Positions 48,713-62,600 are shown, counted from the stretch's first letter. The stretch is 64,000 nucleotides of DNA from Octopus sinensis (GCF_006345805.1 NC_042997.1:201934001-201998000), one strand, 5' to 3'. Numbers and translations are program-made. Notes: generated by a model from the letters alone, not told the origin.

Positions 48713-48752
<40 letters not shown>

Positions 48753-48753
<1 letters not shown>

Positions 48754-48920
48754 CACGTGATCAAGTGACCGACCAGACCATCAGATGTTGCTACACATCG
48801 CTGGTCACAATGCGTTCGCATTGTTTTAGCCTTTGAATGACGCCACCCCGCTGGCTAAGCGAGCAGGCCAACAGCAGAAAGAGTGAGAGAAAGAGTACAG
48901 CAGGGATCACCACCTCCTGC
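48753..48920 (-). mobile_element. SINE family 3, 3' part
   Basis: Reverse complement of 27770-27938. Confidence 0.85.
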
Positions 48921-49430
48921 CGTGTATATATACATACATATATATATACATATATATATGGAAAACGAACATTAAATGATATGTGTGTGTTATAATTTCA
49001 TTACTTGAGTATGCTCTGCCGAGTAACCTTTACTCTCATGGCAACCAAATTCACTGTCATTTTCCCAACACTCTTGGATTGGCAGACATAAGATCTTCCT
49101 ATTTTCCCTGAAACAAGTAATTTTATGAGACTGAATTAGTGTGAAGAAAACCAATTAATCCGTTAATTAACCTGCAAATAGGTACTTTTTTTTTAATTAG
49201 CAATTTTATAAGAGTGTAATGTTATTTGAGCATTCTAGTCTAAGATGAATTACTGAGTGACACCATCTTCATGAAAAACAATAGTTAAGCTTGTGGTGGA
49301 TGGTGTCTCAGAATAAATAAGCTCAACATTTTCTTTATTTTAAAAATATGTCAATTTTTCATGAAATAGCATAGCATCTTTTGATTGATTCATTTTTCAC
49401 AACTTCAGTAAGTACAGTAGAGTTAATTCT

Positions 49431-49698
49431 GATACAATGTGTCATCTCTTGTGAAAGGTAAGAGAGTCCAGTTTGCTGGACATTGTTGTAGAGCTGAAAA
49501 AGAGGTAATTTCTACTCTTCTCCTCTGGAAGCTATCTACTCGCAATACCAGAGGGCGCACACTCTCCTACCTTGATGTAATCTCCAAGGATACAGGCATC
49601 CAGCAACAGGACCTCCGTAATGCCATGATGGACCGTGAAGTCTGACGTAGCATGGTAAACTCCATTGTCTCGACCACGGTCGAACAATGATGATGATG
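49431..49698 (+). mobile_element. 5'-truncated RTE-like LINE (different family) with 12-bp TSD and (GAT)n tail
   Basis: KRVQFAGHCCRAEKE...GRTLSYLDVISKD...AMMDREV; agagttaattct at both 49419-49430 and 49699-49710. Confidence 0.88.
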
Positions 49699-49703
49699 AG
49701 AGT

Positions 49704-49751
49704 TAATTCTTTACTGAGGAGGTCTAATAAAACTGAAACTTGTCTTGAATT
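49704..49751 (+). ncRNA. Decayed minimal hammerhead-like motif
   Basis: aattc-ttta CTGAGGA GGTCT aata AAACT GAAA C tt GTC ttgaatt (stem II consistent with decayed GGTCT/AGACC). Confidence 0.45.
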
Positions 49752-50747
49752 GTCTCCCTTGATTGCTGAAATTACTAAGATAATATTAGTCATTGAAGTC
49801 ATAGATTGTCTTATCTTTGCCACATGAATATACCTAATTGGATCTTAGATGTTTGAAAGAGACCATATTTATGAACTACTCTTCCTCTTTTATCTGGCTA
49901 TGTTATCAGTCATTAAATGAGGTTATCTTGGAAGTCTTATAACAGACATAGTAAAATAAAAGTTTCGTATGGCTGCTAACTTATAATCTTTCATTGCAAC
50001 AATTTTCTTCATCAGTTTCTATGAAATAAGGGTTATAAAGCATAATATAACCATTTCCCTAGAGCTAATGTCATTGTCGAGCATCACGTTGATGATGTAA
50101 GATGTTTTAAACATCAAATGTAAACATTAGTTATAACACCATCTTTCTGAGAGAAATTTGCATAAAACTTGCCAGTGTAGAACCATGGGAAGTAAATCAA
50201 ACATAACATTAAATAATGGGGTTTAGTAACGCAATTTAACGCCGAATAATAGATTTACACAGAAGCTGATACCAGAGAATAATAGAGATTGTTAAGCATT
50301 AAAATTATCCAAGTCATGTTTCATCTCATGTAATTTTCTAACTATTCTGTTACTTATCATTACTATTATTATTATTATTATTATTATTGTTGTTATTACT
50401 AATATTATTATTCATTATTACTGTGGCAGATTCTACAGTATTGTGCTAATTTATTGTGGTCTATGGCATCTTTCAATTCTCAGTTGTAACCATACACTAT
50501 TATTAATGCTAAGCAAGCATTTTAGGAGAGCCACTGTAATCATAAATGTCTGTGGAAAAATGATGAACTAATGACTGTCAGTGTGGTTGGTTTCATGACC
50601 TCCTGGAAATAGTAGCCAAATCACCTTCAAATCACACAGCCTGTTGTCTTCAAAAAAGGAAGGATAGTAGTTAATGTAAGTCTGGTTCTAATATCATCAT
50701 CATTGTTTTAATGTCCACTATTCTATGCTTGTATTGGTCAAAGAATT

Positions 50748-51435
50748 CATCATCATCATCATCATCATCATCATCGTTTAATGTCCGCTTTCCATGCTGG
50801 CATGGGTTGAATGATTTGACTGAGGTCTGGTGAACCAGATGGCTGCACCGGACTCCAATCTTGATCTGGCAGAGTTTCTACAGCTGGATGCCCTTTCTAA
50901 CGCCAACCACTCTGAGAGTGTAGTAGGTGCTTTTGCGTGCACCCACACATTTACGTGCCACCAGTACCCAGGCCAGTCAGTTGGTACTGGCAACGACCAT
51001 GCTCAAATGGTGCTTTTTATGTGCCACCTGCACAGGAGCCAGTCCAGTGGCACTGGCAATGACCTTGCTCGAATGTTTTTTCACGTGCCACTAGCACAAG
51101 TGCTAGTAAAGCAACACAGGTAACGATCACGCTCGAATGGTGCTTTTTATGTGTCACCGGCACGGAAGCCAGTTTGTTGCTCTGGCAATGATCACGCTCG
51201 GATGGTACTCTTAGTGCTCCCCTAGCACAGATGCCAGTCATCGAATTCGATTTTGATTTCGATTTCACTTGCCTCAACAAGTCTTTGCAAGCAGAGTTTA
51301 GTGTCCAATGAAGGAAAGGTATGCTTAAGTGGGCTGGTTACACTCCTGGCAAGGGCCACGAGGTAATGGTCTCACTTGGCTTGCCGGGTCTTCTCAAGCA
51401 CATATTTCCAAAGGTCATAGTCACTAGTCATTGCC
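50748..51435 (-). mobile_element. RTE 3' UTR, long
   Basis: Consensus match including the ttgccgggtcttctcaagcac segment near the RT stop. Confidence 0.85.
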
Positions 51436-51679
51436 AAGGAAAATAATTTCCATTACTGGATGCCCTTCTTGTGGCAGGTTTCTCACTGGGCCAAAATTCT
51501 GCTTCAATGTATTTTTACTGTTAGAATGTCATAGTAGTGTTTGTAATTCAGTCCAGAATAAATTGCAGGAGGGACTTCATTTGGAAAGAACTGTTCCACC
51601 TCCTTCCATTTACTCTTCTATGTTTACATCCTTCACTTGGATCTATATTGGTTAAAAACACACACATTTACTTGATGTG

Positions 51680-52085
51680 TTTACTCAGGAGGACAAACTC
51701 AGTATTTCCCATCAGGTAAAGAAATTGAAATATCAGGACTTAGTAGATGAGGCCCTTATCAAGGGCTCACATGCATCCTCATTCCCCATTGAAGTCAGTT
51801 GCTATGGCTTTCCACTGTGATCAGTGAGCTATTTCCTACAGAAGATAGCTCTGCAACACAGACAACTGAGGAAAGCCATTATATAAAAGGCATGGCAACT
51901 AAAACTAGTCCAAAATATCTATGATTGACAAGAGACCACAAGTGTAACCCTTTCACAGGTGAAGACTAGCTCAATCCTCACTGCTCCACTTAGGTGAAAC
52001 ATACAGGCTAAGGAGTGAAACACTTATGACCTTGAGATACCTGCTGACAGAAGGGTTTCCAGCATTGCAATGGATTTAGAAGGGC
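51680..52085 (+). pseudogene. 3' end of a Hero-like (RLE) non-LTR element
   Basis: KKLKYQDLVDEALIKG..ASSFPIEVSCYGFP..SVSYFLQKI resembles the K..KY..L......GW....P.EVGCRGF motif. Confidence 0.7.
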
Positions 52086-53019
52086 TTGCAAAAAACTTCT
52101 CAGTAGCTCCTGCACGGGGTAAAGTGTATCTAATATTTATTTCACCTATCAAAGAACTTCCACTCAAAGATATTAGCCAACATTATATTGTTGCCTTAAG
52201 TGCTATGCAATATTTGAACCTGGAACCATGTTGTTGCAAAGCATACTTCTTAATTGCAAGGCCAAGCCTGCACCCATTAAGCATTATAAAGAAATATATC
52301 TTACAATGCATTATTTATAATGATATCACCATCTTTGCTTAGTAATTAACCAATTACTGCTAATTAATTCATTATCATTGTCACAGGCTGCCAAGTTACT
52401 TTTCGAAACCTTCTTATGATACCATTTTTTTCTAGAAGAGTTTTTACTGAAACATGTGACCGAGTGGAATGTGTGCATTGTTGTATTGGACTAAATGTTG
52501 GAGCAGATGGGAAACAATATGACTTTTGTACAAAATTGCTCTTTGTAATTAATATAATTACTGTCATTTGGTAATCAATTACAGATTTCGCTCTTTATCT
52601 CAAGCATATTTTTAAAAGAACAAGAGATGAAGTGTGAAAAAAAAATTTTTTGTATGACACACGTATTTCATTTTTCAGCTGCTTTGATGCAGTACAGTAT
52701 AAGATGCACATTTTCCAAACAAAGGAAAAAGAGAGTCTCAAAATAAAATGACCCTGGGTTTTGTATGCAAGGCTGATTTAAACCTCAAATGCTTTAATGC
52801 ACAAAAAATTTTTCTCCAGAATATGCTCTGCTGAAATTAGGGTGCATCTAAAATGCTTGTGTGTTTTTTATGCTATTGAATATAGTAATTCCTTTTGATT
52901 ATTTACAAAGCCTTTTTAAGGGACTCTAAATGAAACTTTGTAACATCATTCATGCTCCTTCAAATAGTTTCACATAGAAATAGTTCTAATTTTGGCACAA
53001 GGCCAGCAATTTTCATGAG

Positions 53020-53360
53020 TCCTAGCACTTGGCCTGGATCTCTGACAGTTAAGACGACAAATGTTCCAGTCAATCCAATCAGCACAGCAGCTTGCTTGTG
53101 GAATTAACATGCAAGTGGCTGAGCACTCCACAAACCTGCATACCCTTAATGTAGTTCTGAGGTACATTCAGTGTAACAACAGAATGTGACAAGGCTGGAC
53201 CCTTTGTAATTACGGGTACCACTCATTTTTGCCAGCTGAGTCGACTAGAACTATGTGAAATAGTGTCTTGCTCAAGGACACAAAGCACTGCCAAGAATCG
53301 AACTTGTGACCTTACGATCATGAGCCAAATGCTCTAACCACTGAGCCACCTGTCTTCACG
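53020..53360 (-). mobile_element. SINE family 4 (also at ~63030-63660 and 63700-63790)
   Basis: Shared gttccagttgatccaatc...aacagc...gtgacacagaatgtga...tgtcttgctcaaggaca; reverse-complement tRNA-like head at the right end. Confidence 0.7.
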
Positions 53361-55479
53361 TGACTTGTACTTTATTTTTATCAACTGCAAAAGGATGAAA
53401 GACACAGTTGACTTCAGTGAGATTTGAACTCAGAACATTAAGAAGTTTAAGTTGCACATAAAATATGTATTGGCCTCATCTGTTTAGGATACACTGCAAA
53501 GACCATAGCCACTTCATTTCTCACTGCCAAAACAAATTAAATCAAAAACAAGAGTGAACAGAACTGTAGGTAATCAAATATTAACCATTAAACAAATTTT
53601 TAGTCTGAAATTTTCAGAGATTTTATTGAGAAGTTTACCAAACATGTTGGCTCCAGCTGAAGAAAATTGGTTAGCATTCTATTCCCTGTGTCCTCTGTTG
53701 ATATAGGAATGAATATTATTATATCAGTAAGTGGAATTGACTGAAACTCACCAAGACAGACAACACTGTTTACTATTCTACTGTCGCCAGAATTTGTATT
53801 AAAAAATTTCCAAACAAACATGCAAAAATATTTCTGCTGCACAAAGTTTTCAATATTTTCAGTGAATTGCAATAATTAATTTTAGAAAATAAGATAGAAT
53901 TTATGATAATATTTAGCTTTGAAAAAGAAAATTGAAAAAAATGTTCCTTTTTGTTGGAATTTTTTTGCTAGTGTTAAGAAACATTGTCCTAAACAGGACC
54001 ATGTAATAGTATCTGATATAGACAAACTAGTTATCTAATATAGAATGGAGACTTTTGGCCTCCAGAGACACGGAAATTCTGATGGAATCAAGTAGATGTT
54101 TTTCATGATAAATTCATTTTTTGTAATTGTCTTTGATTTTGTTTTTGCTGATAAACTAATTATTGTAAGTTTGTGTGACGTTTAATTAGACACATCAATC
54201 ATATATCACAACTTATTGTAAACCAGGAAGATGTTAGGTGTGTCTGGCTAGGAGCTGTGAGTCTGTGGGGGGAAGGATTTTTCAATAATGTTTCACACCG
54301 TGGAAATGTGGAGTGTGCAGTGATGGGAATGGTATGCTTGGTGTGTTTGTATGGATCGGGATGCGAAGAGGATGAAACATGTTTGGTACTGGTGCAGTTC
54401 TCTTCTTCAGTAGTAAGGTAGAACTAAAAGGCAATAAAAGAACTACTAGTGAGGGACAATTATCATCATCGTCATCATCATTTTAACATCTACTTTCTCA
54501 TGCTCATGTAGGCTGGATGGAATTTGTTGTGGTTTATTTTCTAAGGCCAGTTGCCCTTCCTGTTGCCAACACTCACCTATTTCCAAGTAAGGTAATGCTT
54601 CACTGTGAGCAGACATATTTTGAGGGAAAATTAACTGCTATTTCTGGTAGATGGAGGAACCATGCAGAGGTCATTTTATTGGCTTCTTAATCAGTTAGTG
54701 TGGGTAGATGCTACACGTAATGACCAGTGTATCTTATCTGTGTCATTGTCATCTGTTACAAGATCAGAAGAGACCCCTCCCCCCACTGCCAAACTGATTC
54801 ACAAACTTTTCGAAGTAGTCAAGAGAGTTTTAGGAAAGTTAGTTCAGAATGGAGGTTCTCACTTAAATACAGTCTGTATATGTGTCACAAAAACCAAAGA
54901 CAATTACTAATGAAGTGCATAGCTAAAAATTAAATCACCCACTTCACTTCATTTCCTTCCTTCTCTTTTAGAAAGATCTCGTAAATGCTCTCTCTCTACC
55001 CTGTAGTCTGGTGGACGTAAAATGTAAAGTAGATTGGGTGTAAATGGAGCTTGTGATATTGTTACAGCAAGATTAGTTTTAGCAGAAACTTCTGTGAAGA
55101 ATTTCAAGTACAGCTAGGGTTAATTCTTCGGCTTACTCCTCCTATTCATTAGAATGCTTAATTCTATTATGCAAGATTACAAAACGATGAAGACGGGATG
55201 TCTTGGGGGATTACCCAATTCACATGGTTGATAATCTGATTCGTGGAGCTGAATCTGTCAAGCATTTAAAACATGATTTGCATTGCATCTATAATGCACA
55301 CACACAAGCACACACACATACACACACATGCTCAACTATGACCATGTCACGTCTTTACAATGGCATCCACATAATTTCCTTTCATAATGGAAAGCACCAG
55401 TGAATTAGGAATGTCGAGGCTGTGGTTTATAACTATCCCTATGTCTTTCTTTCTCTTCTTCTTTATATAGGTGTGTGTG

Positions 55480-56095
55480 TGTGTCTGCCAGAGACCTTTC
55501 ATGATATGCTGTGCTTGAGAAGAAGACTCGTCAAGCCAAGTGAAATCATAGTTGAGGCTGTTGCCAGTGTCATGAAAATGGGACCTGTGCCGGTGGCATG
55601 TAAAAAGCACCCATTACACCCTTGGAATGGTTGGCATTAGAAAGAACATCCAGCCATAAAAACCATGCCAAATCAGACTGGACCCTGGTGCAGCTCTCTG
55701 GCTTACCAGTTCCAGTCAAACTGTCTAACCCATGCCAACATGGAAAGTAGACAGTAAATGATGATGGCAATGATGTGCATATATATGTGTGTGTATACAT
55801 CTATATACATGTGTGTATATATATATATCATCGTTTAACGTCTGTTTTCCATGCTAGCATGGGTTGGACAGTTCGACCGGGGTCTGGGAAGCCAGGAGGC
55901 TGCACCGGGCTCCAGTCTGATCTGGCAGTGTTACTACAGCTGGATGCCCTTCGTAATGCCGACCACTCCATGAGTGTAGTGGGCGCTTTTTTACATTCCA
56001 CTGGCACAGGGGCCACAGGAGGCTGGCAATGGCCACAATCAGTTGGTGCTTTTTACTTGCCACTGGAACGGAAGTCAGTCAAGGCAGCACTGGCA
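55480..56095. mobile_element. Two RTE 3' ends converging on a TA/TG microsatellite (plus 55480-55772; minus 55827-56095)
   Basis: Consensus matches. Confidence 0.85.
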
Positions 56096-56229
56096 TATAT
56101 GTATATATATATAAATAGTTAATCAAATATGTCCTTTGAAAATAAAGTGTACAGGATTTCAGATAAGTGCTCTTCATATGAGAAATGACTAAAGCCTTAA
56201 ATGTATTTAGAGATTCAATTAGAGTGATT

Positions 56230-56565
56230 ACATATTTGAGAGTAAAAGTAGGAAAAACTATATCATAAAAATCACAGTAGAGATACATCCATTATATAAA
56301 CAATATTGTATTAATAAATGAATATATAAAGCATAACTACAATCATTTAAAAAGTTTTGAGAGATGTTATGATCATTTCATGAATATATTACTTTTTGAA
56401 AGTAAGTTTATTCATAAAATGATCATAAGATTTCTCAAAACTTTTTAAATGATTGTAGTTATGCTTTATATATTTATTTATTAATACAATATTGTTTATA
56501 TTATGGACATATCTCTACTGTGACTTTTATGATATAAGTTTTCCTACTTTTACTCTCTAATATGT
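56230..56565. repeat. AT-rich foldback, ~165-bp arms, ~3-nt loop
   Basis: For example aaacaatattgtattaataaat..tataaagcataactacaatcatttaaaaagttttgaga vs its reverse complement at 56430-56500. Confidence 0.9.
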
Positions 56566-56569
56566 GTGA

Positions 56570-56607
<38 letters not shown>

Positions 56608-56618
56608 GTGCTTTGGGG

Positions 56619-57211
<593 letters not shown>

Positions 57212-58029
57212 GAGCTGGGCATAAGTCCGTTAATCGTTAATGAACAAAGTTAACATTTTCCTTAACAATTTAAATTTTAACTTAACTTTGAAAATCATTA
57301 TCGGACAAATTAACTTCTCTTACATTTAGCTTCCTTTAACTCAAGCCCATTAACCCAAACATTTCAATAAAACCAGTAAACATTTAAAAGTTTCTATTGT
57401 TTTCAGATTGTCTTATCATATTTAATATTGTACGCGTCATTCTTTCAATCCCGATATAATGCCACTTATTATAAATAACTTGTAGGACCTCGTTTGGCCC
57501 TGCCTGAATTTGAAACCAAATCCACCCACTTGTTGCTTGCAAAGACAGCAGGAAATTTCTTTGTGCTGTCAATAGGGAACAGTGATTGATGTGTTTCCAC
57601 ATGATCCATGACCTCGCTGTGTCATGGAGAGTTCAAATGGTCAGCAAATAACCTACATTAGTATAAGCTGTGCTTATAATGGTATATCCATCTTTCTAAC
57701 TGGAATTCAATTATTATAAATGCCAATACTCTGTAAGTGAGAAATCAGAGAGAATCTTGACTGCCATACTGTGAATGATTCTTGACTGCGGCTCAAGGCA
57801 GACAACTATAGCAGCCAGAACTGGCTTTTCTTTCAGAAAGCATAGAACTGGGAGAAAATTAACTGAGGTGGATGTCAACAGAGAAAATATTGACTTCCAT
57901 AAAGTAGAAAAAATAAATGGAAGGGAAAAAGTTGGTAAATATTTCAGTGTGAATGCAAATAGCTGTTACATGGTAGCAGGGCATGCTAGAAATATATATA
58001 TATATATATATATAATAGCACCATCCAAA

Positions 58030-58249
58030 TATGGTCGATGCCAGCCCCCTTACCCCGACTGGCTCCTGTGCTGTGACACGTAAAAGCACCCATTACACTC
58101 TCAGAGTGGTTAGCATTAGGAAGGCATCCAGCTATAGAAACACTGCCAGATCAGACTGGAGCCTGGTGCAGCCTCCTGGCTTCCCAGACCCCAGTCAAAT
58201 CGTCCAACCCATACCAGCATAGAAAACAGACATTAAATGATGATGATGA

Positions 58250-58253
<4 letters not shown>
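58030..58253 (+). mobile_element. RTE 3' end, subfamily B; tail joins (AT)n
   Basis: Consensus match. Confidence 0.85.
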
Positions 58254-58302
<49 letters not shown>

Positions 58303-60070
58303 TGATACATTTGTATGTCTCTCACACATTCTCTCTCTCTCTCTCCTCTTCTCTGTCTCTCTATTAAAATACTTATTTAAACGTGTAATAACCAAAATTC
58401 CCCAAAGAAAATTTTTAAGTTACAAATTTAATTCAATTCATAGAAATAAATCGAGCTTTACTCATCAGCAAAGAGAGTTAATGCACTTCATTTTACTCCA
58501 GTATGTAAATATTAGCAAGTTATCTACACATGCTAGTTACAATCTAGGCTCTTTATTTATTATCTACACTCCTTAGTTATTATCTAGACACTTTAGTTAT
58601 TATCTACACTCTTTAGCAATGGTTGCATACTCTCTGTTCTAATTAATTTGATAAATTTCTTCAGATAACTACAGTTTGTTATCTTTTCATACAATTTATA
58701 ATTATTGATTATTCAGCTTGAATAATTCAGTATTCCCTATTGATTTATTTTCTAATTATGGATTTTTAATTATTAATCTCATTACAGTTTTCTTTCAGAT
58801 AATATTGATAATTGTATAAAAGTTATAGCCAGCCGAATTGATAAAGTGTCGCTAATATGATATTTAATTCTCATTGGCTCACTCCACTTAGCTATATAAA
58901 GTTACTGTGGATGAGTTACAGAGGGAACTTCGTTGTTATTGCCCCATTTGCTGGAAACAACCACCAAACATCCCTCAAATCACACTCTACTGTCTTTAGA
59001 AAGGAGCAAACACATTAACTGACTGGCATTCTTTTGGTTACACAATAGGGGTTTCCGTTTGTCTGATCAGTGGAACAGCCTACTCATGGCTGCAAACTCA
59101 CTAATTTTTCAATAGATTACTCCTGCTCATTAGCATATAAGAGCCCCTAAAGTTAACTAATCCTTAAAGCTTTTGTCAGAACAGGCATGGATGTGTGGTT
59201 TAGAAATTTGCTTGATGGACAAATGTCTTCTATCATAGCCTTGAGTTGGTCACTCTGTGTCCTGGTTGGTAGATGAAAATGAGAAGCTTGACAGAAGCAC
59301 CATTTCTGCTGTTGGAATGATGAACTTAATCCAATGTCCAATTTAATATGACTACCTATTCCACTGATTCCTTTTGGCGAAGTCCATTTTGTTACAGTCA
59401 TTTGGGTCCCAGTCTCTGATCTAGAGATAACTTCCCCTTCCCCACCCCTTCCCTTTGGAGTCCTTGAAAAGGTCATGGATGCTGTTGTTTCTTCCTTGAC
59501 TAAATCCCTTAAAATAAAAACTTAAAACAAAACACAACCCCTAACATTGTTTGTTGTTACTCAATTACAGTAGCCAACAAGAGTGCCTTTATGTGGTTGC
59601 TTGATCTGCTAAAAATGGCAGCTAAATTATCTCCAAATCAAACTGTACCAGCTTAATTAAAGAAGGACATAGTGGATAATGTTGTTTTAAACACATAGAT
59701 GGAAGAAAAACAGAGGTAGGATGCTTCTGAGCACAGGGTTTCAAAATTAGAACTGAGCTAAGTTTCAACTATTACAACATATCTATAACTCTTGGTGTCC
59801 ACCACACTACTTTGTCCAACCCATGCAAGCTTGAAAAAATGTACATTAAAATGATGACGAGTAGGAATTTGCCTTTTATGAATAACACAATTGCTATTAC
59901 CAATTGTCATCTTATTCATTTCTTTGAGGGATAATTTTTATTTTTAATCATTCTTTGTTCAATAACAATAGTTTATCATATCTAACAGACTTTCATTAAT
60001 GAAAGTTCGTTAAGTATGTACAACATATTTAATATATTGAATTTCGTGGGGGTGGGGGGCTTTTTGTTTT

Positions 60071-60105
<35 letters not shown>

Positions 60106-61224
60106 ATAGTTAATTTTGGAGAACACAATGAAATTCATTATGGATTTTAGAGCTTAAAAATACGGATTTTCCCTTATACATTCCTTTTTCTTTTTCTCTG
60201 CAATGAAATTAGTTTTGTTATAAATATTCATTCAGAATGTGTTGTTGTATTTGCAAATAGAAATGGAACAATATCACATATGTTCATTGTAACATTGTTC
60301 TATAAACTCACTGAAAAACACAACTGAGGCACTCGAACGTTACAACTTGCTCAGTTTATTTTTAATGAATTACATGGTTATTGTCTAACAACTTAAATAA
60401 GAATTACAAGATGTTCTCTTTCTCAGGAGCCTCTCATTCTTTATATATCAAATAGAGAAAATCTAATAATTTCCCAAGTAAAATTTAGTTGCTTAATATA
60501 AAAGTACATCTGTTTTATGTTGAAATTTTTACCCTTCTGTTATCATATTTCTGTTGAAATATGATGCCTTTGTTTCAAATAATTTCGAAAACAATCAAGA
60601 ATTTATCAAGATAATTTTGTCATTAAACTGGTGTTTGGATCATAAAACCTTTGATCAAAGCTTCATATTAATTTAATTTAGATTACTTTGAAACAAAATG
60701 TTTGTTTGATAGAGCCAGGGATAGTTCTTGGCAAGTTGTTATCAAAACAGTTAATAAATTTTATGCTCATGTAGAAATATATTTCACATGTATTGTCCTA
60801 CCATGAAGGTGTCTGGGCTAGTGGTTAGAATATAGGGCTCATGATTGAGCTGTTGTGGTTTCAATTCTTGGACTGGCCAACAGATTTGTCTTTGAGCAAG
60901 GCACTTCACTTCACATTGCTCTAGTTTATGTGACTGTAAATAAGGAGTAGATGAGTGCTGATGCACTGCTCTCTCTCTCTCCTCTCTCTCTCTCTCTTTT
61001 GTGTCTGTCACATCCTGAAGATGCTTCTGAGTCAAAACACCTGAAAAGGTGTTTATTTGTGCTGACAACTATCCAGGCACCTAAACCATAGGTGCAAATA
61101 TGGGACATGTGGCCAAACCATTCTCATTGGTAATTCTAATAAATAACTATACCCCCTTTATTGTATAACCCAAAAGTCAACATTAATTGGCACAGGTGTG
61201 GCTGTGTGGTAAGAAGTTCGCTTC

Positions 61225-61915
61225 CTTCCTGCGCATGCGTTGGTCAGTGTTTTCTTTGCACTGCTAGGAGTCACATCGCTGTATGCCAATGTCATGCATT
61301 ATTGAAAAAGTGAAGCACAACTACAAGGTAAGACATTTGTCTTTTGGAGATTCAGTGGGATTTGTTGCTCGTGTTTATTTATTTTTGTCAAACAAGAAAT
61401 CTCCACTGAGTTCCATGCATTTGTCTGCCTGTGGTTGTGTTTAAAGTCTCACTTAGCAGTGAGAAGTGTGTTTTGGGGGTGTATCCCTCTGCCTATAATT
61501 GTGCTTATTTTTTACCATTTTTGTGTGACTGTTTTGTACCCTTACCAAAAGGGTTACCGAGTTGGCCAGGAGTACCAGGATAACCAGAATAGTTTGTTGT
61601 GTTCTTGAACTGTTTCTTGTCTTCTTTCTTCTTTCCTGCACTTTTTTTTTTGTTTTTGAACTCCATGAACTTTTGTTTCTTATGAACTTTTTAAAAAAAA
61701 AAACAAGGCAAAGAAGACAAACAACACTGCGTTGGAGTGGGAGATTGTCCCACCCAAACAGTGGATGGAAGACTTTGAAGAGAGGACGGTGGTGTTAAGG
61801 ACTTACTCAAAGTCACTTGATACCATTGCCCTCTTTCAAAAGACTCAAATTGAAAAAGAGTTGGCAGAGTATTTGCCAACTATTAAATTCATCTCCAGGG
61901 GTGTCAAATATGCAA
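61225..61915 (+). mobile_element. Possible 5' UTR and ORF1 start of an unidentified retroelement
   Basis: Follows a truncated SINE head; open frame KKTNNTALEWEIVPPKQWMEDFEERTVVLRTYSKSLDTIALFQKTQIEKELAEYLPTIKFISRGVKYAT is cut by the next SINE. Confidence 0.35.
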
Positions 61916-62080
61916 CAGGAGTGGCTGTGTGGTAAGAAACCTGTTTTTCAACCACATGTTCCTGGGTTCAGTCCCACTGCGGCACCATGGGTAAGTGCCT
62001 TATACTATAGCCTCGAGTTGACCAAAGCTTTGTGAGTGGATTTGGTAGTCGGAAACTGAATGAAGCCCATTGTATATGTA

Positions 62081-62111
<31 letters not shown>

Positions 62112-62336
62112 GGGGGGGGTTTGTGTTTGTCCCCCAACTACCACTTCACAACCGATGCGGGTATGTTTATGTCCCTGTAACTTAGTGGTTTGGCAAAAGA
62201 CACTGATAGAATAAGTACTAGGCTTACAAAGAATAAGCCTGGTGTAATTAGTTTGACTAAAGGTGGCGCTCCAGCATGGTTGCAGTCAAATGACTGAAAC
62301 AAGTAAAAGAATATATATATACATACATATATATAT

Positions 62337-62370
<34 letters not shown>

Positions 62371-62600
62371 ATATATCTGTTCGAGTGCCTTTGTGTTTGT
62401 TTTTCTCCTACCACTGCTCGACAACCAGAGTTGGTGTGTTTATGTCCCCATCACTTAGCAGTTCGATAAAAGAGACTAATAAGATAAGTACCAAACTTTA
62501 AAAAAAAATAAGTATTGATGTTAATTCATTCAACTAAAATTCTTCAAGGCAGTGCCCCAGCATGGCCGCACTCCAATGACTGAAACATGTAAAAGATAAA
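61916..62600 (+). mobile_element. SINE family 1 (61916-62310) and a second 3' half (62380-62600)
   Basis: Consensus matches. Confidence 0.85.

Noticed and set aside
49985-50025. Minus-strand CTGATGA...GAAA
   Set aside because: Five unpaired bases separate the core from the hairpin, and there is no stem I.
53600-53872. Exon candidates on either strand (ILLRSLPNMLAPAEENW plus; KYFCMFVWKFF...VVCLG minus)
   Set aside because: Splice-like sites occur on both strands and are mutually exclusive; no homology recognised.
58801-58862. Exon candidate DNIDNCIKVIASRIDKVSLI*
   Set aside because: A good acceptor but no credible donor or partner exon; expected by chance in AT-rich DNA.
61008-61068. CTGAAGA followed by an 8-bp GAAA-loop hairpin
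   Set aside because: Stems I and II do not form convincingly.
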